Assembly: GCA_013239625.1 (NCBI GenBank)
Contig: MU053881.1
Location: 8,331,957-8,395,956 of the forward strand
DNA length: 64,000 bases
Direction: 5' to 3'
Source: Lama guanicoe
Taxonomy: Eukaryota
The notes under the pieces were generated by a model. That model made no database searches. It saw only the letters and a list, made by a program, of their open reading frames with translations, and had not been told where the DNA came from. Numbering within the stretch: the stretch's first letter is position 1; each line of letters begins with the position of its first letter. The position numbers and the translations under genes are program-made. This document shows positions 55,701-64,000 of the stretch, piece after piece.

Positions 55701-57778
55701 TGTGGTAGTGGAAGGATTTGCTACCAAAGTCTTGAGTGCCCTTTGGACTTTGTGCAGTAGGTATTAGCTATTAAAATAATAAAACTAATTGTTAAAAGGG
55801 AGGATTGATTCCAGGGTAAAAAAAAATTGAACTTTGCCTTCAAAGAATGTAAACGTGTGTGTTTGAACGCATGCGCACATGTGCACTAGGAATCCCCATC
55901 ACTTCTGCTTCTTTATGTTGCAGGGTGATGCGTGTGTGTTTGGGAGAGTGTGCCGAGCCTGATCGGAGAGGTGTCTGCATCCTGGCATCCCCACAACAGC
56001 CTTCAGGACCTTCCTTGCTTCCTGATTAGGAATGACAAAGGAGAAGAGGCCACGCACACCTCTGGGGCAGAGTTTTTATCCCATTCATTCTGCAGGTATT
56101 TATTACAGACCCACTCTGCACCACATCCAACAGAAAGCAGGGTAAGGAAAGTCCCTGTGTTTAAGATCTTATGTTCTAGAGGGAAGAGGCAGGCGAGGGG
56201 GATGTAACAAGATCATGCAGAGAGGAACAGTGCTCTGAAGCAAACAAAGCAGGTTACTGTGTCAGAGTGACATGTGGGAGGGTCAGTGGATGGGGTGGCC
56301 CAGGGTCAGGGTGGAGAGGCTCTCCAAGGGGGTGAGGCTTGAGCTGAGATCTGAATAGTGATGAACAGAGGGCTGTAAGGAGGCAGGACAGTGGAAGAGT
56401 GTATCAGACAGAAGGAACCAGAGGTGCAAAGGCCCTGTGGTGTGGCTGGAGTCTGGTTAGCAGAGGGACAGTTCACTGGACAGATCTTACCTGTTAGCTT
56501 TCTTGGGAAGGAGAAGGCACCGAGATCGTCAATGTGCATATGGCAAAAGATTTAGTTAAAAAGGCAACCACTGGCTTAGTGAATGGGACAAACAGACCCA
56601 GTGAAGTTTACTGAGTGTTTCTTTTCAGACTAGTCTCCTGGTCCCCTCACTGTTCTCCATACCCCCACGCAGAGAAACCACAGGATTTCATGACTTCATT
56701 CTTCAAAACCCAATGTTCAAAGTTCCCTTAAGTAGGGCCCCACGTGACATGGTAACTCCAGGAAACAGAAACGAGCTAAAAGACAATAGAAATTCTCAAG
56801 TCCAAAGGTGGGATTTGCATCCCAGATCTGGCCATTCATTATCTGAGTGACCTTGAGAAGGTTATTTCACATTTCTGAGCTTTTGTTTCTTGAAGATTCT
56901 GGAGAAGACATACTCATGATTTCAAGTGGAATATTTATTCTTCAATTTCTTGCCAGGCAACCAACAGGATGTATTGGTGGTTGGCCAGTGAACTGTTTTT
57001 TTGTAGAGAATTCAATGCCATGGCTGACAGAGGGCCGTCTGCCTTCCACAGAGGTGGTCTGTTCCTCCCTGCAAATTCTCCCTCAGCTAAAGCAGCACGA
57101 GGAGAGGCACTTCTCTGGCTGGAGCCTTTCCCCCACACAAGGAGGGCACTTAGAGCTCTGCTTCCTAGAACTTGCCTTGTTAAGAAGGGGGCTCTACTCG
57201 CTCCGTCACCCCTCCCTCAGTGGTCCTCGGGGGCCTGGAGAGGGTCATGCATTTTAGTGCCCCCAATGGGACTTTCTAGTAGGACGTGGGGCCTCACCAC
57301 TTCGCCTCTGCCCGGGCCTCATTCATACCATACCCCCGGGTCCCTCAAACTGCAGCGTGCAGAAGACTGACAGGAGGAACGTGGGTCAGAGCAGGTCTCG
57401 GGGCCATCCTTGTTGGGGAGGGGTCCAGGGGTCCGTGTTTTTAACAAGCTGCCCCAGGTGATTCGGACATGGCTGGTAGGACAACATACTCTGAGCAGAG
57501 CTGCACAGGCTACCGTCAGGGAGAAGGGAGACATTCACCACTTGTTTGTTAAAGGCTGACCTGGGATTGTCGGCGAAGGCTCCAGCTGAGCTGTCCTTTT
57601 CACTTAATGAGCAAATGAGTGGACCAAAGGAAAAAAAAAAAACAAACCATCGGCTGCACTGGGGATGGGAGGGGTGGGAATGACTGGGAAGAGGGTTGAT
57701 CAAGAATCAGGGAAACACAGACAAAGTGAGGTGGTGGGGGAGAAACAGAGAGAGAGGAAGTTCGTTCAGAAAGGCCAC

Positions 57779-57784
57779 TTTATT
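57779..57784 (-). promoter_or_regulatory. Candidate WWC1 poly(A) signal AATAAA
   Basis: tttatt on +, ~700 nt past the WWC1 stop, followed on - by a pyrimidine-rich stretch. Confidence 0.6.
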
Positions 57785-58479
57785 GATGGAGATAAGACTG
57801 AAAGGCGCTCTCCACAGCCCTCCCTCACTCGCTTCAGTGGCTTCACTGGGCATCTGAGACCCGTGGGGGCTGCCTGTCGCCAGCATGGGCCGGGCCATGG
57901 CCCAGTCAGCCCCACGCTGCCCGCCCCACGTCAGGCGGCCACATACAAACACGTCACAGCTCATGAAGATTTGTGGGTGCACCTCAGAATCCCCCAAAAG
58001 GTTCCCGTGCATTTTTTTTTAATATTGTACAAAATATGTTAAGTAGGAAAGGTCAGCTGTGCTGTGACATTGGCAGGACGTCCTTTGAGGATTACCGTCC
58101 CCCAAACATTACTTCTTATTGCAGTGAAACCTCTAGAAGGTAGAGATGTATAAAAAAAAAAAAAAAAAAAAGAAGAGCAGTAACTTAACACTGCTTTAGT
58201 TCTTTTAAATTTTCTTTCTCAAAAATACATTCCTAAATATACAAACTATACAATCTTGTTGTTGTAATGCTGGTTTTCTGTTTTTTTGTATGTGTGTTTT
58301 TGTTTTTGTTTTTTTAATAATAATAGAACCCAAACTAAAAAATCGGCTCGTCTTCAAACCAACAAGAGTGCTGGAGGACTTGTGACTCGGTACCTTCATA
58401 TAACACCACATAAATAACTTTAGCCACAGTCTAGGTTCACAGCGTGGTCAGTGGAACAAAAGAAATACTTTTCTGGCGA

Positions 58480-58546
58480 TTAGACGTCGTCCGCAGAGAG
58501 GGTTGGGATATTCATCCGAGGCCGGGTGAAAAAGGCCATCTTCTCC
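58480..58546 (-). CDS. WWC1: WWC1 (KIBRA) last coding exon
   Basis: EKMAFFTRPRMNIPTLSADDV*; C-terminal PDZ-binding ADDV motif. Confidence 0.96.
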
Positions 58547-58569
58547 CTGTGAAAGAGGCCAGCCCTTTA

Positions 58570-58795
58570 GAGCTGGGTTTTCAACCCCACTTTACAGATG
58601 TTACAGGCAGAATCCCTCTCTGTCGTGGGGCCGTCCTGGGCACGGTAGGATGTTTAAGGGCATCTCTGGTCTCTACTCACCAGAGGCCAGGAGCGCTCTC
58701 CCTCCCCTTCCTCCAGTTGTGACAATCAAAAATGACCCAAGACATTGCCAAATGTCCCCAGGATCCCCAGATCATCCCTGGTTGAGATCCTCTGC
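58570..58795 (+). mobile_element. MER20-like hAT-Charlie element in the last WWC1 intron
   Basis: ccagttgtgacaatcaaaaatg...agacattgccaaatgtcccc. Confidence 0.7.
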
Positions 58796-59496
58796 TTAAG
58801 GGGACATCAGCAGAACCAGCCATCTTCAGTTCTAATCAGAGGCCTCTGGAGTCTAAAAGGGCCCTTGGGCCACTTGCACTGTTTGGCTTAGATTCCCAAT
58901 TGGCTAAAACCTAAGGGATGTCAATGTGGTTATAAAGATTACAGTCTAGTTTACATGTTCATATTCCACCAAGGAATTTTTTTTTGCACATACATGATCA
59001 CGAGTATCTTTTCTGAGAGAACATCACAAGACTAAATGCAAAGCACTCTGTGAACAGGAGGCCCCCCGCCACGTGGCATGAGGGGCCCTCCTGTGACACG
59101 CCTGGGTCCGGTGCCGTAAGAAGGCATCGCCGTGAGATCCCGGCAGGCAGCAGGCAGGGCTAGGGAGGCCCGGCAAGCATCCGTCACCCCCAGGCTTATT
59201 TATCATCCAGCCAATCCTCCGCAATTACCAGGGATGGAAACGCTAAGAGGCAAGGCCAGAGCAGGTGGCTCATTCATTAAACAAGAGGATCGGACAAATT
59301 AGCTTGAGTTGTGCGGGGACTGATAAAGACGGGCGAGGGACAGCACCGCAGACCGCTGGGGACGGCTTGGCCGAGGGTGAGCACCTGCTACAGTGGGGCA
59401 TGTGGGGCGGGGAGCAGGGACACCAAGGAAAGCAGGCAGGCTGAGTAGGCTGGCTGTGAGGGGAAAGGCGGGTTGGCCAGGCACCCGCTTGCTGAC

Positions 59497-59618
59497 CTGA
59501 AGGACTGCACCTCCGGGGGCTCCTTACAGCTCTGGCCACGAAGCCTGTGCACGTCCTTGGCGGCCGTCCTCATCATCTTGTCTGTCTGAAGCTCGCCCTT
59601 GTGCTCTGCTCGGTCCAT
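59497..59618 (-). CDS. WWC1: WWC1 penultimate exon
   Basis: [44 protein letters not shown] bounded. Confidence 0.96.
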
Positions 59619-61755
59619 CTGTAGGGCAAAGTGAGGTAGCGGGGAGTCTTTAGGAGGTCAGCCAAGGAGAACTTTCTAGCACAAATGAGGAGTCCACTGT
59701 GAAAAGTTTGGGGGTCACCAAACAGGCAGCCTCACTCTTCTTGTCCCACCGCAGGATCCTCTTGATTGCAAATGATGAGGGGAAGTGACCCCACTGTCTG
59801 TCAGAAACGACAGGTTTCTGGGGCCAGGGGACTGAATACCTGTGGGGACCTGTCGGCAGAAAGGAGACGAGGGCTGCCTGGTGAAATGTGTGCTAAGTCT
59901 CTAACCCCCAGGGCCACTGCGGAAGGTAAAGTTTACAACGACCTCTCTGTTATAGAGAGGATGCTAAGGCTTTCGCACGTTAAGAAACTTCTTTCATGTC
60001 AAACAACTAAGATACGGTGGAAACCCAGTTCCCTGTCATGAAGTTTTGTTCAAGGTTTTTAGGTATGTTACACCTCTTCCTCCTGATGCAAAACCTATAG
60101 AAGCACTTTTGAGAACAAACCAGAGAGCCCTAAAGTATCTATGCAACATACCCTTAAAAATGCTGCATGAAGACAGAATTTTGGTCAATGAAGCTACCAT
60201 TTAAGTAGCTCTTTAATAGTTCATTATCAGACAATCATAGATGTACTTTTTTTTTTTAATATTTGAAAGGTCAGTTTTTCTTACTTGGTGCTTCCTTAAG
60301 GCAGGGCACATATGTACTTATTTTCTTACCTCTTTTTGCCTTTGCTACTAGGAAGCTCCAAAATAAATGTAATAGACAACTACCATTGGATTAGGGATAT
60401 ATTTCTTTCTTTCTTTTCCTTAAAACTTTCTCCAATTCTCTATTTTCCCTTAATGCTCTTATTATAAATATATTTGATATAAGTAATGAATAAGAAGGAA
60501 ACAAACGTTTCTGGAACTTCTGAATTACCAGAGTCAACTGAAAACTCCCACATTAGTCCAGACCTAAGAAGCCCAGCACCACTTTCCTGCTCTATCACCA
60601 CCTGCACTGAGAACTGGAAATTCAGCTAATGGCCTTCCCAACAATCCAGGCAGGCGCCCTCTGTAAGGTGCTCTTGCACTGTTTGGCTGTGTGCAAGAAA
60701 ACTAGCAAAAGTCTGTCATTCCCACCCTGGGCGGCAGTCCCGGCAGCTATTACAGGAATGAGTCAGACGGCCTCCGTGTGTTTTCTCTGTGGTGTTTACT
60801 TCTTCACTATAGTCTGGGACCTGCTAGCTCAAGAGCCACACTGGTGTCAAAGTCAAATTTTTACTCATCCAATTATTTTAAATGTAGCTCATACAAGCAG
60901 ATTTTGTAGCCATTTAGAATCTGCCGGCTTTGCATGCCCCGCGAAGCTGCACCCAACAACTGCTAGCTTTAGACAAGATAAACCCCAGGCTATGAAAGAC
61001 CCCAAAATGCTGTTGCTTTGGAGTTCTCCAATCCAGAGACTCCTCATGGGGCTCTGAGTGACATCACCTGGATACACAGGACCCCCTCTCCCCTGGGGGG
61101 GGGGTCCCCCTGCCCTCCTCCCCTCTAGGTCGTGGCCCCAGAACAGTTGCCCTTGGGAGTTCTCAGGCAGTGAGGGACTTCCCTCGCAGGCAACCTTGTG
61201 AAAGCATCGTGCGCCATGGCCATTTTGTGGTTCTTTCTCTTTGAGCAGTGCTGGGATCCCTCAGACTCACTATACTAGGGCAGAGACATAAGCAGACCTG
61301 TAGTTCCCGGCATCTCCATCAGGACAAAGCCCTGCCAGGAGCCGCTCCTCTCCCCTTTGGAGACGCCTGCTCTGCGGGACGGCAGGGGCAGGCACTGGGG
61401 CAGGTCAGTGTTCTGTATTTACTCCGCTAAAATGTGTGCCCCAGCACAGATTAGGTACCCAATATGTTGGATGAAGGACTGCCCAGAGGAATAAGCGAAT
61501 AATAAGGCTCTGCACAGTTAAAACACGGGACTGCAGCGAAAGGACGTGGCAGCCGGTGCAAGACTTAATAAAGTTCCCTACCAGGCGGAGGGATTCCTGC
61601 ATCCCTTTGCTGAGGTCTGTGCGGGGTCCCAGGAACGCTCTCAGGGGGGTCACAGGACTTCAGGACCCCTTCAAAGCCCTGGCCACCCTCCATGGCAGCT
61701 CCGGGCCCTCTGCACCTGCGGAGAGAGCGACCTCCCTTCTCTCGGCGCCGCTCAC

Positions 61756-61989
61756 CCGCTTCTCCAGCATCCTCAGCAGCAGGCGGAAGCGCTCATCCTC
61801 GCGCAGCCACTGCGGGAGCTCCTTCTCCCCGTGACTCTTGGCTTGCTCCAGCTGCTCCTTGAGCTCCTTCAGCACCGAGATCTCCTGAGTCAGCTGGCTG
61901 TGCCAGGTCCTGGTCGCTTGCAGGTCCAACTCGAGGTCCAGTGAGGTGCGGAGCAGGCGCTCAGCGCGCAGGGATTTGACGGACGAGGG
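61756..61989 (-). CDS. WWC1: WWC1 third-last exon (coiled coil)
   Basis: [48 protein letters not shown]...LLRMLEKR; 234 nt, AG/GT bounded. Confidence 0.96.
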
Positions 61990-63499
61990 CTGCGAGGGGT
62001 GAATTGGTCGGTTTTGACTCGTTACTACAGGGCCGGGTCCAGTGGGCCCACAGGGCCGGGTCCAGTGGGCCCGCACGACCCCTCCTCTGACACCCCAGAT
62101 GCCCTCCTTCATTCAGCCGCAGGCTTCCACTCCCTCAGAAATGGGGCTCGCCTCCCCTCTCGAGTCTGTCTTGATTTCTCCTATGTCTACAACTCACGCG
62201 ATTGAGCCTTTTCATGCCCCAGGCACGATGCTGGACACCTTACTTTTGCTACCTCAGTTCATTTTCACAACCCTCTGAGGTCCCGACTGCTACCCTCTGT
62301 AAGGACCAGGCTCCCAGAGGTTAAGTCACACAGATGATAAGTAGTCAAGTTGCGATTCCCCCGCCTCCACCCAAGCACCTGCTCCAGAACCCCCCCCAGC
62401 CCCCCACTCCCTCCCCAGTGCTGTTTCCTCACTCTGTGTCCTCAGCATTGACACTCTCCTTTACTGGGTTCTCCTCACCATCCTGCTCTGAAGGAGCTTC
62501 CTCAATGCAGGCGGGTTCCCCCTGGAGAGGGGAAGACCTGTCTTCTTGGCTTTGTGTTCCTGTGACGGACGCCTATTATTCCTGCCGGTCCAGCATCCAT
62601 TTCTCTAGCCTTAGAGTGACAGCACCCTCATCTTCCCTGGGGGAGCCACGCTTCCTCCGTGCTCAATTCCATCTAGCTCACGTGGGGCTTCAGGGCTAGG
62701 AAATGTGACCTGTACCTGGCCACGCAGGATCTCAGTGATGGCTTCTGGGTGAGTATGCCACCTAAGCCCAGCCAGTTAACACTCAGTTCTGGCACTTCTG
62801 CTGAGCTACTGGGGAAAAGGCAGCGTCTTTAGGCAGAGGTTGCTAAGCCAGCAAGATGCAAACCTAGAACGGATCATGGTCATCTTTACCAGCATATTGG
62901 ACGGCCCCGTTTAAGAATTAAGCCATCTGTTTCTAGAACATTTTACTATTCGACCTTCCCACACTAGCGTGTGAGGGTATGCCAGTTTTTCTCAATGTTT
63001 TTTAGTTTTTTACTTGTTTCAACTGGTGTTTCTCTGATTATTATCCTGGTTGGTCGGTGTGATTTGCCACTTCTTTTGTGAATTGTCTTTTTAAATCCTC
63101 TTTGTGTTACTGTTGGGATGTATCCTCTTATTACTTACACTTTAATGTACTTTAATGCAAATTGTATATTACTACTTGTAGATCACTAATTAAATATATA
63201 TGACTAATTAAAAAAAAAGATTAAGCCATCTGGAGGTAGCAGTGCCATGAGAGGGGGAGTGAGGCTTGATGACACTGTTTCAGTTCCTAGCTCAATCCAT
63301 GCCTGAAGTTAGTCCAATATCTTAGAGTTTTCCATTAAATGAGCCAATACATTCTTTCTTTCACTTTGAAGCTATATTTGAGTTGAGTTCTTCAGTTATC
63401 TCTATGTAAAAGATATCGATCAAATACCATCAACTCTCCTTCTATCCGAAAACACTAATGATTAAAAAAGGATAACTAAATAACTAGGAGACATACGCG

Positions 63500-64000
63500 C
63501 CCTGCATAATCCCCTCCCCTTCAATGTGGGGGCGGATATGATGGGATATCACCTCTATGATTAGGTGTAGCTAATCAGCTGAATTTGAGTTAAGCAAAAG
63601 AGAGATTATCCTGGGTGGGCCCAACCTAATCAGGTGAGCCCTTAAATGATGAATTGGGCACTTCCTGGAAAGAGATCTCCTGTTGCCTTGAAGAAGCAAT
63701 GCATGTTGTGGAGTGGACCACTAGCAGCTGTGAGCCGCCCCCGGCCTGCAGCAAGCAAGAAAACACAAGGGAAATGAACCCTACCAACCTGAGGGAGCGT
63801 GGAACATGAATCTTCCCCTAGTTAAACCCGTAGATGGAAATGCAGTCAGTCAATGCCTAGATTTCTGCCTGAAAAGACCCTGAGCAGAGGATCCAGCTAA
63901 CCTGTGGCTGAACTCCTACCCATGGAAACTGTGAAATAATGAATTTGTATTATTTCAAGCTGCTAAATTTGAGGTAATTTGTTACGCAGCAACAGAAAAC
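63500..64000 (+). mobile_element. MLT1-type MaLR LTR (runs to window end)
   Basis: agattatcctgggtgggcccaacctaatcag...aaactgtgaaataat...ggtaatttgttacgcagcaacagaaaac. Confidence 0.75.

Overview
Mammalian genomic DNA (probably camelid, judging by the tRNA-derived SINE family present) from the conserved PANK3-FBLL1-RARS1-WWC1 locus. It contains PANK3 coding exons 2-7 (+; exon 1 lies upstream of the window) with the miR-103 hairpin in intron 5 and a long AT-rich 3' region; the intronless fibrillarin-like gene FBLL1 (-); the complete 15-exon RARS1 gene (-; the exons I delimited sum to 1983 nt = 660 aa + stop); and the last three exons of WWC1/KIBRA (-). The rest is intron or intergenic sequence rich in SINE, L1, L2, MIR, LTR and DNA-transposon relics. 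Repeat family names are by eye, not from a database search. I see no wholly new multi-gene system. The most notable irregularities are: an apparent frameshift in the FBLL1 GAR domain; a 30-bp repeat array upstream of FBLL1 that reads as an open in-frame 10-aa-repeat extension; a near-perfect 539-bp tandem duplication that copies most of RARS1 exon 12; a SINE split by ~1.75 kb of older L1 sequence; a small poly(A)/TSD-flanked retrocopy; an orphan CpG island; and a solo LTR plus CTCF site just upstream of RARS1.
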